This document shows, piece by piece, positions 9,541 to 19,000 of a stretch of 64,000 bases of DNA. A program made the position numbers and the translations under genes. The notes under the pieces were generated by a model, which ran no database searches, was not told where the DNA came from, and worked only from the letters and a program-made list of their open reading frames with translations. Source of the stretch: a virus (Duplodnaviria > Heunggongvirae > Uroviricota > Caudoviricetes); IMG/VR virus record IMGVR_UViG_3300048625_000166; one strand, written 5' to 3'. Each line of letters starts with the position of its first letter. Positions within the stretch are counted from its first letter, which is position 1.

Positions 9541-9654
9541 AACCCACCTTAGGGCCCGTTGTCGTAACGGTTAGAGCAATGCTCAGGCGTCCGCGCTAAT
9601 GAACTGCACCGCGTAGTGTGCCCCGTATAAAGTAAGCGGGATGATAAATACATA
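9541..9654 (+). other. GC-rich structured intergenic element (candidate small RNA or regulatory structure)
   Basis: GC content sharply above flanks; local hairpins CCGTT-gtcgt-AACGG and CCCG-N11-CGGG; no tRNA cloverleaf found. Confidence 0.3.
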
Positions 9655-10233
9655 ATGCGTTCCTATCAAATCATAAACGAGTCCCCTGCTACCGAATTGG
9701 CCAAGAAATTGCCATCTCTCCAAAAGCACGACTATGACACCATCGATACCCTGATGCGTAAAATCTCACAGCGTCATCGTATAACTGGTAAGCACTTACA
9801 TGACTTGTTTGTTAAGCAATATGGAAAAACTCCAGATAACTGGATCAAAGACGATCTATCTGAAGGTGATTCTTCGGAATTAGACATTGATGCGGAAGTT
9901 CAGAAGTTTATCAAATGGGCCGCAAGACGCCTACATCTACAAACTACACCACATATTGAACTGAGCCAAGATACCAAAGACGCACAGGACAATCATCACA
10001 CAGGACTACATCGTACTGACACTGGTGAAATCTGGATTTACGTAAAGAATCGCAATTTAGTTGATATCTTGCGTACTGTGTTTCATGAGTTGGTACATCA
10101 TCGTCAAGGTGAGTTAAAGATGATTAAGCCAGGTGATAGCTATCCTGGTAGTCCAATCGAAGCAATGGCAGACATGTTGGCTGGTAAATACATCAAGATT
10201 TACGGCGAACAAAACCATCACATCTTCCAGTAA
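9655..10233 (+). CDS. zincin-like metallopeptidase-motif protein
   Basis: HExxH motif VFHELVHHRQGE. Confidence 0.4.
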   Translation: MRSYQIINESPATELAKKLPSLQKHDYDTIDTLMRKISQRHRITGKHLHDLFVKQYGKTPDNWIKDDLSEGDSSELDIDAEVQKFIKWAARRLHLQTTPHIELSQDTKDAQDNHHTGLHRTDTGEIWIYVKNRNLVDILRTVFHELVHHRQGELKMIKPGDSYPGSPIEAMADMLAGKYIKIYGEQNHHIFQ

Positions 10234-10282
10234 ACACTGGATCGATTCGTTCTGAATCGTTCACCAAAACTGAGTAAAAAAG

Positions 10283-10311
10283 TTGCATTCTTTGCAGGGT
10301 TGTTATATACT
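10283..10311 (+). promoter_or_regulatory. sigma70-like promoter TTGCAT-17-TATACT
   Basis: Upstream of ATG 10333 with AAGGAG RBS. Confidence 0.45.
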
Positions 10312-10332
10312 AACTACTTACAAGGAGAACTT

Positions 10333-10599
10333 ATGTCAGATTATAACCGCTCATTCAATGGCGATGCCAAAATTAAATTAACTCAATTGGTCAACGAAGG
10401 TATGACAGTCTTGCACGAGATTGACACCCTTCAAGGCGGATTGAACGATACGATCAAGGCAGTCGCAGAAGAATTGGAAATCAAACCAGGCACTCTCAAG
10501 AAAGCAATCAAGATTGCACACAAGGCAAGCCTGGGTCAAACAAATAAAGACCACGACGAATTGAACACTATTTTGGAAACTGTAGGTAAGACACTTTGA
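10333..10599 (+). CDS. hypothetical protein
   Basis: 88 aa from internal ATG with AAGGAG RBS. Confidence 0.5.
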   Translation: MSDYNRSFNGDAKIKLTQLVNEGMTVLHEIDTLQGGLNDTIKAVAEELEIKPGTLKKAIKIAHKASLGQTNKDHDELNTILETVGKTL

Positions 10600-13304
10600 G
10601 CTACGTTGATGCCATTCATAGCAGGGATGAGGATCGCATCTACGTGGTAGAGCGTCAGTCAGATGGCCGACGCACCTACAATGAATTCCCTGCTAACTAC
10701 GTTCTATACTACGACGATCCTAAAGGAAAGCAACGTAGCATCTTTAACACACCTGTATCTCGATTCAGTACCCGCAAGCGTAAAGAGTTTGAAACTGAAA
10801 AGAGAATTCACTCTAACAAGCAATTGTACGAGAGTGATGTTAACGTTGTGTTCCGTTGCCTAGCCGATAATTATTTAGGTGTTGATGCTCCAAAACTTCA
10901 CACTTGCTTTTTCGACATTGAAGTAGACTTTGATCCTATCAAAGGGTTTAGTCCTACTAGTGATCCATTCAACCCTGTGACAGCTATCAGTTGTTATCTA
11001 GACTGGATGGACACTTGTTTCACGTTGGTTATTGCTCCAAAGCATATGACCAAAGAAACAGCAACTGAAATCATTGGTGAATTTGAGAATACAATCTTGT
11101 TTGACAACGAGAAGGACATGTTCGATGTGTTCTTTCAGTTAATCGAAGACGCCGACGTTCTAACAGGCTGGAACTCAGAAGGCTATGATATTCCATACAT
11201 GGTCAATCGTGTTACACGTGTTATGTCTAAAGATGATACACGTAAATTCTGTTTGCTTGGACAACTTCCTAAGCCAAGAGAGTATGAACGTTTCGGTAAA
11301 GTCGAATTGACGTATGACTTAGTTGGTCGCATTCACCTAGACTATTTGCAACTCTACAAAAAGTATAACTATGAATCTCGTCATAGCTATAAGCTCGATG
11401 CCATCGGTGAGATGGAAGTCGGCGAGAACAAAACCCAATACGAGGGCACTCTTGATCAGTTATATAACAAAGACTTTAAAAAGTTTATTGAATATAACAG
11501 ACAAGATACGATGTTGTTGGTTAAGATCCACAACAAATTGAAGTTCCTTGATCTAGCCAATGCGCTGGCTCATGAGAACACTGTATTGTTACCTACTGTA
11601 ATGGGCTCCGTTGCCATGATTGAAATGGCAATTTTAAACGAAGCTCATGAAAGAGGTTTAGTTGTTCCAGATAAAAAACGAAAGGTAGAAAATGCAGAAG
11701 ACATTCAATCAGCGGCAGGTGCCTATGTTGCTACTCCCAAAAGGGGCCTCCACGAATGGGTTGGTGCAGTCGATATCAACTCACTCTACCCGTCAACGAT
11801 CCGCGCTCTTAACATGGCACCAGAGACCATCGTTGCACAAGTCAGACAAACACTTACCGATCAATACATGAGAGAACGCGGTGCCAAACTGGCCCGTGAA
11901 AAGAAGTATTACAAAGATGGTGACGATGACGTTACAGGCGCAATCTTGTGGGAAGGATTGTTTGGTGCTCTAGAGTACACAGCAATCATGAACCAAGAAC
12001 GTGGTACTATCTTAACTGTAGACTACGAAGATGGTCGCAGTGTAGAAATGAGTGCCGCCGAGATTTGGAAGATGGTCTTTGATAGCCATAAGCCATGGAT
12101 GTTAAGTGCAAACGGTACAATTTTTACGTATGAGAAAGAGGGTGTAATTCCTGGTCTACTTACACGTTGGTATACTGAACGTAAATCAATTCAGAAACAG
12201 GCAAAAGAAGCGTATGGTACTGATATGTATGAATACTATGACAAACGCCAGCTTGTTCGTAAGATTTTGCTTAACTCTGCATACGGCGCACTGTTGAATG
12301 AACATTGTCGTTTCTATGATAAGCGCATTGGTCAATCAGTTACTCTATCTGGTCGTCAGATTGTTAAGCACATGATGAGTACAATCAATGAAACAGTTGA
12401 GGGTAAGTATACTCATGAAGGTGAAGCTATCGTTTATGGCGATACTGACTCATGTTACTTTAGTGCATATGCAACCTTAAAACCACAGATTGATGCGGGT
12501 GACTTAGAATGGAACAAAGATATTTGTATTGGTCTCTATGACGGCATTGCTGATCAAGCTAACAATACTTTCCCTTCGTTCTTAGAGAAAGCGTTCCATG
12601 CTCCTCGCAAGAATGGTGAGATCATCAAAGCTGGTCGTGAATTGATTGGTGATCGTAGTATCTTTATCACTAAGAAGCGTTATGCTATCAACATCTTTGA
12701 CAAAGAAGGCAAGCGTAAAGACAAAGACGGAGCATTGGGTGATATCAAAGCCATGGGTCTAGACTTGAAACGTGCAGATACTCCAAAGTATGTGCAAGAA
12801 TTCTTGATGGATGTACTTGAAATGGTACTACAACGAGGCAAGGGTAGTGAAGAAGTCATTGAACGAGTGCGAGAATTTAAACGAGTTATGGTATCTCAAG
12901 ATAGTTGGACAAAGGGTTCACCTAAATCCGTTAACAACTTGACCAAGCATACACAAGCGTTTGAAAAGACTGGTACTTGTAAAGTGGGTCACGCACGTGC
13001 CGCTATTAACTGGAATTATTTGCGACGAGTCCATGGAGATAACTACTCTATGCAAATTGTAGACGGCATGAAGATTGTTGTTTGCAAACTCAAGCCAAAT
13101 GCATTGGGTTTTAACTCAATTGCATATCCAGTTGACGAACTCAGACTTCCAGAATGGTTTAAAGAATTGCCATTCGATGATGACGAGATGGAAAAGACAC
13201 TGGTCGACGAAAAGATTGATAACTTGTTAGGTGTTCTGAATTGGGACATTAAGAGTAATATCGACGTTAAATCGACATTCGCCGAATTGTTCTCATTCGG
13301 TTAA
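10596..13304 (+). CDS. 43: family B DNA polymerase (T4 gp43-like)
   Basis: FDNEKDM...TGWN.EG.D.PY..NRV exo motifs; SLYPS.IR; KILLNSAYGAL; YGDTDS; KKRYA; only possible start is TTG 10596 (AGGTAAG SD, stop TAA in frame just upstream). Confidence 0.95.
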   Translation: MSYVDAIHSRDEDRIYVVERQSDGRRTYNEFPANYVLYYDDPKGKQRSIFNTPVSRFSTRKRKEFETEKRIHSNKQLYESDVNVVFRCLADNYLGVDAPKLHTCFFDIEVDFDPIKGFSPTSDPFNPVTAISCYLDWMDTCFTLVIAPKHMTKETATEIIGEFENTILFDNEKDMFDVFFQLIEDADVLTGWNSEGYDIPYMVNRVTRVMSKDDTRKFCLLGQLPKPREYERFGKVELTYDLVGRIHLDYLQLYKKYNYESRHSYKLDAIGEMEVGENKTQYEGTLDQLYNKDFKKFIEYNRQDTMLLVKIHNKLKFLDLANALAHENTVLLPTVMGSVAMIEMAILNEAHERGLVVPDKKRKVENAEDIQSAAGAYVATPKRGLHEWVGAVDINSLYPSTIRALNMAPETIVAQVRQTLTDQYMRERGAKLAREKKYYKDGDDDVTGAILWEGLFGALEYTAIMNQERGTILTVDYEDGRSVEMSAAEIWKMVFDSHKPWMLSANGTIFTYEKEGVIPGLLTRWYTERKSIQKQAKEAYGTDMYEYYDKRQLVRKILLNSAYGALLNEHCRFYDKRIGQSVTLSGRQIVKHMMSTINETVEGKYTHEGEAIVYGDTDSCYFSAYATLKPQIDAGDLEWNKDICIGLYDGIADQANNTFPSFLEKAFHAPRKNGEIIKAGRELIGDRSIFITKKRYAINIFDKEGKRKDKDGALGDIKAMGLDLKRADTPKYVQEFLMDVLEMVLQRGKGSEEVIERVREFKRVMVSQDSWTKGSPKSVNNLTKHTQAFEKTGTCKVGHARAAINWNYLRRVHGDNYSMQIVDGMKIVVCKLKPNALGFNSIAYPVDELRLPEWFKELPFDDDEMEKTLVDEKIDNLLGVLNWDIKSNIDVKSTFAELFSFG

Positions 13305-13312
13305 ACTAGTGT

Positions 13313-13341
13313 TGACTTTCTTACTACATTTCAGCATAATA
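13313..13341 (+). promoter_or_regulatory. sigma70-like promoter TTGACT-17-CATAAT
   Basis: Upstream of ATG 13370. Confidence 0.45.
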
Positions 13342-13369
13342 CATATATTAACTTCCACAAAGGATAAAA

Positions 13370-14101
13370 ATGAAAGATTATTTAAAAGATTTAATTGATC
13401 ACACATACGGCCTAGGCTGTATTGAGTTGATCAAAGTTACAGGCAGTGCCACAGAGACTCAGATTAATGCAATCGCAGAAGACAAGTCTGTTATTGTTAG
13501 CGGTGTTTTCAAGACACCAATCACTGAGTTTGCCGGTGTATTTGGCATGCCAAACTTGAGCAAGTTGAAGACGATCATTGGTTTCGAAGACTATGATTCT
13601 AATGCTGTTATCAACGTTGTAACTAATAACGCCAGTGGCACAAACGTTCCAACTACGATTCACTTTGAGACTCAAGATAAGTCATTCGTCAACGACTATC
13701 GTTTAATGAGCCAAACAATTGTTGAAGAAAAGATTAAAGCAGTTGTGTTCAAAGGTGCATCCTGGAACGTTGAGTTTGAGCCTACCATCGCTGGTATCCA
13801 GCGTTTGAAGAAGCAAGCTACTGCCAACAACGAAGAAAAGTATTTCACTACCAAGACAGATGGCAGTGACTTGAAGATTTACTTCGGTGATCCATCTACA
13901 CACAGTGGTAACTTTGTGTTTCAACCAGGTGTTAGTGGCACACTAAGCAAGTCTTGGATGTGGCCAGTCAAAGAATTCATTAACATCATGGATCTAGTTG
14001 GCGACAAAACTGTTCGTATCACAGATGCAGGTGCAACCTCTATCACTGTTGATTCAGGCATTGCAACCTATACATATCTATTGCCAGCACAAGCAAAATG
14101 A
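13370..14101 (+). CDS. hypothetical protein
   Basis: 243 aa, AGGA RBS. Confidence 0.55.
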   Translation: MKDYLKDLIDHTYGLGCIELIKVTGSATETQINAIAEDKSVIVSGVFKTPITEFAGVFGMPNLSKLKTIIGFEDYDSNAVINVVTNNASGTNVPTTIHFETQDKSFVNDYRLMSQTIVEEKIKAVVFKGASWNVEFEPTIAGIQRLKKQATANNEEKYFTTKTDGSDLKIYFGDPSTHSGNFVFQPGVSGTLSKSWMWPVKEFINIMDLVGDKTVRITDAGATSITVDSGIATYTYLLPAQAK

Positions 14102-14481
14102 TCGACTACGTTTACGGCGGCGAGTTCATGACCGTGACTAGCAATAAGGGTTCAACTCCTTATATTAGCCCGTCCTCTCAGCCAATGACTGGAATGTTAT
14201 CTTACGATAACTCCAGTCAGTCTATGAAAGTTTATGATGGTAATAGTTGGCAAACAGTTGGTGGTGGTACAGCTATGGTCAATCTGTCACCTGATGCCAT
14301 CGAAACGCTCAAGTGGGCTAAAGAAAAGATGCGTCAAGAGCAAGAACTTAAAGCTCTTGCGGCAATCAATCCAACGATCAAGGATCTGGTGGATAGTATG
14401 ACTGTCAGTGTTCGAGAATATGAACATAAAATCGAAATGGTAAAAGCTCTGATTCAAAAAGAAGAAGTCACCGTTTCGTAA
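14098..14481 (+). CDS. hypothetical protein
   Basis: 127 aa, ATGA coupled. Confidence 0.5.
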   Translation: MIDYVYGGEFMTVTSNKGSTPYISPSSQPMTGMLSYDNSSQSMKVYDGNSWQTVGGGTAMVNLSPDAIETLKWAKEKMRQEQELKALAAINPTIKDLVDSMTVSVREYEHKIEMVKALIQKEEVTVS

Positions 14482-14491
14482 CAAAGAATTC

Positions 14492-14544
14492 CAGAGAGAT
14501 TGAAATCTCTCTGAGAATATCAGATAATAATATCGTTATCTGAT
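14492..14544 (+). other. two tandem perfect 9-bp hairpins (CAGAGAGAT-tgaa-ATCTCTCTG and ATCAGATAA-N8-TTATCTGAT), no U-tract
   Basis: Read directly; lie between gene ends 14481 and 14595. Confidence 0.5.
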
Positions 14545-14594
14545 TAACATAAACTTTATTAACTACAACCCGCTGTTTAAAAGGAAATATTAAA

Positions 14595-14804
14595 ATGGCA
14601 AAATATCAAGTTCAACCCAATGCAAAAGTTCGTCAGATTTTCGATGACCTCGAAAAGTATCTAACTTTCTGTCAAGATTTTGGCTACAAGTTCGACGAAG
14701 CTGATTTGTACAATCATCGAAGCTATGTCTTCCGTCAGTACAATAAATTTGCAACTGGTAAGGATGCGAAAGATCAATGGGCGGAGCTAATCGCGCGTTC
14801 ATGA
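14595..14804 (+). CDS. hypothetical protein
   Basis: 69 aa, AAGGAAA RBS. Confidence 0.5.
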   Translation: MAKYQVQPNAKVRQIFDDLEKYLTFCQDFGYKFDEADLYNHRSYVFRQYNKFATGKDAKDQWAELIARS

Positions 14805-15562
14805 AAGTAGTTCTAGTCACTGGTGGGTTCGACCCAATTCATAGTGGGCACATTGAATATTTCAAAGCCGCTAAACAACTCGGAGATAAATTAATTGTCG
14901 GGTTGAACAGTGACGCATGGTTGACCCGTAAAAAGGGTCAACCTTTTATGCCTTACTATGAACGAATGATGGTAGTTGGCAACCTATCTATGGTTGACGA
15001 GACTATCCAATACGACGATAGCGATGATTCAAGTATCAATGCTATCAAGCGTGTTAAACAAGATTATCCTGATGCTGAAATTATCTTTGCTAACGGCGGA
15101 GATAGAACTTCATACAACATTCCAGAAATGTCAGTAACTGATGTAGAGTTTGTGTTCGGCGTCGGTGGAGAGAACAAAGCAAATAGTAGTAGCTGGATTC
15201 TACGGGAGTGGAAACAACCAAAGACTTCACGTACTTGGGGTTACTATCGTATTCTACATGATGTACCTGGTTGCAAGGTGAAAGAACTTACTGTAGAGCC
15301 TGGTCAAAGTTTGAGTATGCAACGCCATTTCAAACGTCATGAATTCTGGCATGTTACAGAAGGCAACTGCATCTTAGATATGCAACTGCCAAGTGGTTAT
15401 GCATTGCCTCCAATGGATTTATCGCAACATAGCCAGATACAAATTCCACAAGGTGATTGGCATCGACTAAGTAATCCCTATAGTGTCCCATGCAGAATCG
15501 TAGAGATTCAATATGGTGATATGTGTGTGGAAGAAGATATTGAACGTAAGAACAATTCATAA
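14801..15562 (+). CDS. nucleotidyltransferase (HxGH cytidylyl/adenylyltransferase, RfaE-II/NMNAT-like) fused to C-terminal cupin domain
   Basis: VVLVTGGFDPIHSGHIEYF...GLNSD; C-terminal cupin-like VEPGQSLSMQRHFKRHEFWHVTEGNC; start moved to ATGA-coupled ATG. Confidence 0.6.
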   Translation: MKVVLVTGGFDPIHSGHIEYFKAAKQLGDKLIVGLNSDAWLTRKKGQPFMPYYERMMVVGNLSMVDETIQYDDSDDSSINAIKRVKQDYPDAEIIFANGGDRTSYNIPEMSVTDVEFVFGVGGENKANSSSWILREWKQPKTSRTWGYYRILHDVPGCKVKELTVEPGQSLSMQRHFKRHEFWHVTEGNCILDMQLPSGYALPPMDLSQHSQIQIPQGDWHRLSNPYSVPCRIVEIQYGDMCVEEDIERKNNS

Positions 15563-15575
15563 CAGAGAAGTAATT

Positions 15576-15866
15576 ATGGCAACTAAGAAGATAAAACAAG
15601 ATAGCATTACTTTAGAAATGCCTGGAACAATTGGCGGTGCAAAAGTTGTACTACCAAAAGAAAAGAAAACTAAACTAAAGAATGTAGACAGTGGTGGTTG
15701 GCCAAAGATTAATCAAGGCACACACTTGACTGTAAAGACTTTTGAAGATGGTCGTACTGAACTAATTTGGGATGACGCACAACTCTTAAAAGAAGTCCAA
15801 GAAGCAATCGCATCAGTAACAGTTACTGAGGCAAAACCAAAGCGTAAATCAAAGGAGAAAAAATGA
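15576..15866 (+). CDS. hypothetical protein
   Basis: Internal ATG of track ORF 15513; Lys-rich C-terminus. Confidence 0.4.
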   Translation: MATKKIKQDSITLEMPGTIGGAKVVLPKEKKTKLKNVDSGGWPKINQGTHLTVKTFEDGRTELIWDDAQLLKEVQEAIASVTVTEAKPKRKSKEKK

Positions 15867-16057
15867 GCGCACATAACGAAATTAACACACATCTAGAAGC
15901 ATACTTGGTAGAACATGAAAAGTTCGAGAAGGGCAACTCAGCCGCTGGTACTCGTGCCCGTAAAGCATTGGGTGAATTGGCTAAAGCAATCAAGGCTCGT
16001 CGTAATGAAATTACTGAGACCAAGAATGCACGTGCCGCAGAAAAAGCAAAGGCTTAA
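15863..16057 (+). CDS. hypothetical small basic protein
   Basis: 64 aa, AAAGGAG RBS. Confidence 0.45.
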   Translation: MSAHNEINTHLEAYLVEHEKFEKGNSAAGTRARKALGELAKAIKARRNEITETKNARAAEKAKA

Positions 16058-16059
16058 TC

Positions 16060-16353
16060 ATGGCATTGACTCCAGCAAATGACCGCATCTTGGTCAAACC
16101 GCAGGAAGCAAAGACTAGAACAGAATCGGGATTTTATATTCCTGATTCTGCTCAAGAAAAACTGCCACGTGGTACTGTATTCAAGGTAGGCAAAGGTCGT
16201 AGACTTGATGATGGTAGTTTTGCTTCACCTGAAGTCAAAGAGGGTGATGTAGTTATCTACACTCAAACAGGCCCTCAGAAGATTACAGTTGGTAATCAAG
16301 ATTTCATCGTCATGAAAGAAGAAGATATTCTTTGCATCGTTGATGAAGAATAA
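16060..16353 (+). CDS. groES: GroES-like co-chaperonin (T4 gp31 functional analogue)
   Basis: DRILVKPQEAKTRTESGFYIPDSAQEKLPRGTVFKVGKGRRLDDG...GDVVIY aligns along the GroES length. Confidence 0.75.
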   Translation: MALTPANDRILVKPQEAKTRTESGFYIPDSAQEKLPRGTVFKVGKGRRLDDGSFASPEVKEGDVVIYTQTGPQKITVGNQDFIVMKEEDILCIVDEE

Positions 16354-16359
16354 TTTATC

Positions 16360-16545
16360 ATGAAAGATATTCCAATTTGGCGTAAGGCCGTTTATACATT
16401 CTTTGCACCATTGTTCATTCTAGTATGGGTGATTTTTCATCCTAAACTTTTCTGGGCAGAAGCAAAGAGAACTTGGAACGAACCATCTGCATGTAATGGC
16501 AATTGTAATCAAGGACGTAACTGTGACTGCAAAAACAAATCTTGA
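16360..16545 (+). CDS. small membrane protein with Cys-rich tail
   Basis: TM helix then CNGNCNQGRNCDC. Confidence 0.4.
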   Translation: MKDIPIWRKAVYTFFAPLFILVWVIFHPKLFWAEAKRTWNEPSACNGNCNQGRNCDCKNKS

Positions 16546-16549
16546 TTGG

Positions 16550-16822
16550 ATGAAAGAGGCGGCCGACAGGATCATGAATGATCCAGTGAAGCTCAAAGAG
16601 TTTATGCGTAGTGTAATAGGCCCTGAACAAAGAATTATCGAGGGACAAGAGAAAGAACATCTATTCACGATTTTCAATCTACTTGATCCTCTCGAAGAAT
16701 CCAACAACCAACGTTCTTGGACAACTGTATATGAACATGCAGGAAAAACGTACCACTACACTGTAGGTGATGGGTGGGATGAATTAGCAGAGATATTACC
16801 AGATGATTTTCAACAGGATTAA
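16550..16822 (+). CDS. hypothetical protein
   Basis: Internal ATG of track ORF 16496. Confidence 0.4.
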   Translation: MKEAADRIMNDPVKLKEFMRSVIGPEQRIIEGQEKEHLFTIFNLLDPLEESNNQRSWTTVYEHAGKTYHYTVGDGWDELAEILPDDFQQD

Positions 16823-17267
16823 AGAATTAAAACAACAAGGTCTACGTATCGGTATCACCTTTTCGCAATTTGACTTGCTACATGCAGGTCATGTTGCTAT
16901 GCTCAGTGAAGCAAAAAACCATTGTGACTATCTTATCTGTGGACTGCAAAACAACGCTAGTTGGGATCGTCCTGAAAAGAATAGTCCTATTCAATCAATC
17001 GTCGAAAGACAAATCAGTTTAAGTGCAGTACGTTTTGTTGACGAGATTGTAGTCTACAACACTGAAAAAGACCTAGAAGATATCTTACTAACACTTCCAG
17101 TTGACGTTCGTATCTTGGGTGTAGAGTACATCGATAAAGAATTCACAGGTAAACAAATTTGCCTACAGCGTAATATTGAACTAGTATTCAATGGACGTGA
17201 CCACAGTTTCAGTAGTTCAAGTCTACGTAAAAGAGTAGCAGAAGCACAAAATAAGGTACAACAATGA
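16803..17267 (+). CDS. cytidylyltransferase-like nucleotidyltransferase (HxGH)
   Basis: GITFSQFDLLHAGHVAMLSEAK; typical glycerol-3-P cytidylyltransferase/RfaE-II-like core. Confidence 0.6.
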   Translation: MIFNRIKELKQQGLRIGITFSQFDLLHAGHVAMLSEAKNHCDYLICGLQNNASWDRPEKNSPIQSIVERQISLSAVRFVDEIVVYNTEKDLEDILLTLPVDVRILGVEYIDKEFTGKQICLQRNIELVFNGRDHSFSSSSLRKRVAEAQNKVQQ

Positions 17268-17566
17268 GTAATTTTTACGATTCATTCGCTAGTAGATACC
17301 GTGTCAAACACGTGCAAGTAAGTCGTGACCGTAGATATGAAACTATCAACTATGGTTATAATCAAACTGCTAGTTACTATGCTGACCGTGAAGAAATTAT
17401 TGAAATGGAACTTACACGTAGTGGATTCGAAGATTTGGTCAAGGTAGACAAGGATCATGACAAGTTATGGCAAGACCAGCGCGATGAAGCATGGTTGCGT
17501 AAACAATACCCTGCACTCAAAGATGCATACGACAAATATCAAATGCTATTGGCATTATACAAATAA
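17264..17566 (+). CDS. hypothetical protein
   Basis: 100 aa, ATGA coupled. Confidence 0.5.
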   Translation: MSNFYDSFASRYRVKHVQVSRDRRYETINYGYNQTASYYADREEIIEMELTRSGFEDLVKVDKDHDKLWQDQRDEAWLRKQYPALKDAYDKYQMLLALYK

Positions 17567-17577
17567 TAGGAAGTAAC

Positions 17578-18756
17578 ATGACAAAAACAGTAGCAGTTAT
17601 CGGCGCAGGCATAGCTGGTCTTACAACTGCGTATTACCTTGTTAGAAAAGGTTATCGAGTTACCGTGTATGAGCAAGAGCGATACGCGGCCATGCGTACT
17701 AGCTTTGCCAACGGTGGACAAATGTCTGTTAGCAATAGCGAAGTATGGACAACCTGGAGCAACGTCAAAAAAGGCGTTAAGTGGCTATTCACCAAAGATG
17801 CACCTTTGCTCATTCGTCCATGCTTTGACTGGAAGCAATGGAAATGGATCGCTAAATTTCTGTACTACACTGCCAAAGGTGACTACAAAGAGAATACAGC
17901 ATGGACTGTTCGAGCTGGTCTAGAAGCCAGAGAACTGTACAAAGAAATCATGTTTGAAGAAGGCATTTCGTTTGATTACTTGGGAACAGGTATCGTACAC
18001 TTCTACAAAGACAAACAGTACTGGGACAATGCTCAAACTGTTAAACAGATTTACAACGACAATGGTTGTGAGTGGGATTTACTAACACCGATGCAAGTGA
18101 AAGCTCTTGATCCTGCACTAGAAAATATCGACAACATGATTGGTGGCACATTCACTCCAAGCGATAGTACAGGCGACATTCACAAATTCTGTATGAATCT
18201 AGCGTTAGTTCTAGAGAACAAATACGGCGTTGAATTCAAGTATGAATCAAACATTACTCGCAACTGGGGCATTGAAGCATTAGCTGATGTGTTCGATGCA
18301 GTAGTCATTGCCGCTGGTGTTGGTAGCACTGAATTAGCAGGGCAAATTGGTGACACGCTAGACGTATATCCAGTCAAGGGCTACTCTATCACAATCAACA
18401 ATGTTGATCCTAAGTATTTGCCTAAAGTAAGTCTGTTAGACGATCAAGCCAAGATCGTGACAAGTACATTGGGCAATCGATTCCGTGTTGCTGGTACTGC
18501 TGAGTTGACTGGAGAGAACTACGATATCACTAGAGATAGAGTTGAGCCATTGTTAGAATGGGTTCATACGAACTTTCCTAATATCAATACAAGCGACTAC
18601 ACCCAGTGGGCATGCTTACGTCCTATGACACCTAACATGATGCCTATCACCAAACAGAGTGACAGGAACAAGAAAGTGTTCTACAATACAGGACATGGTC
18701 ATCTTGGTTGGACTCTGAGTCCATACACCTCTAAGACTGTAGCAGATTTAATCTAA
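17578..18756 (+). CDS. FAD-dependent oxidoreductase (DAO/DadA-like)
   Basis: VAVIGAGIAGLTTAYYL...VTVYEQ GxGxxG dinucleotide fold. Confidence 0.7.
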   Translation: MTKTVAVIGAGIAGLTTAYYLVRKGYRVTVYEQERYAAMRTSFANGGQMSVSNSEVWTTWSNVKKGVKWLFTKDAPLLIRPCFDWKQWKWIAKFLYYTAKGDYKENTAWTVRAGLEARELYKEIMFEEGISFDYLGTGIVHFYKDKQYWDNAQTVKQIYNDNGCEWDLLTPMQVKALDPALENIDNMIGGTFTPSDSTGDIHKFCMNLALVLENKYGVEFKYESNITRNWGIEALADVFDAVVIAAGVGSTELAGQIGDTLDVYPVKGYSITINNVDPKYLPKVSLLDDQAKIVTSTLGNRFRVAGTAELTGENYDITRDRVEPLLEWVHTNFPNINTSDYTQWACLRPMTPNMMPITKQSDRNKKVFYNTGHGHLGWTLSPYTSKTVADLI

Positions 18757-18757
18757 C

Positions 18758-19000
18758 ATGTCACAAATACACGCAGAGTACCAAGAAGTTTCTAGAGAAG
18801 AATATGAACGTAAGACCAGAGGATGGTCTTACAGGTTCAGTCTTTTGCCAAGACGATGCATGGAAACTGGAAAGCTATTGTGGATGAAACGTGCATATCG
18901 TGGCCGTAAGATTCGTCGGTACGATATGGATTTATTCTTTCATGACAAGTGGATGTGCAGAGAAGAATTTGTTAAATTAAGATTATTGGAAAAAATATGA
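18758..19000 (+). CDS. hypothetical protein
   Basis: 80 aa. Confidence 0.4.
   Translation: MSQIHAEYQEVSREEYERKTRGWSYRFSLLPRRCMETGKLLWMKRAYRGRKIRRYDMDLFFHDKWMCREEFVKLRLLEKI

Noticed and set aside
9541-9654. Possible tRNA gene in the GC-rich island
   Set aside because: No consistent cloverleaf could be built. There is no T-loop GTTCRA motif on either strand, and the acceptor and D stems do not pair.
13370-14101. Possible sliding-clamp (gp45-like) identity for the 243-aa protein downstream of the polymerase
   Set aside because: Only length and position are suggestive. No diagnostic motifs were recognised, so it was left as hypothetical.
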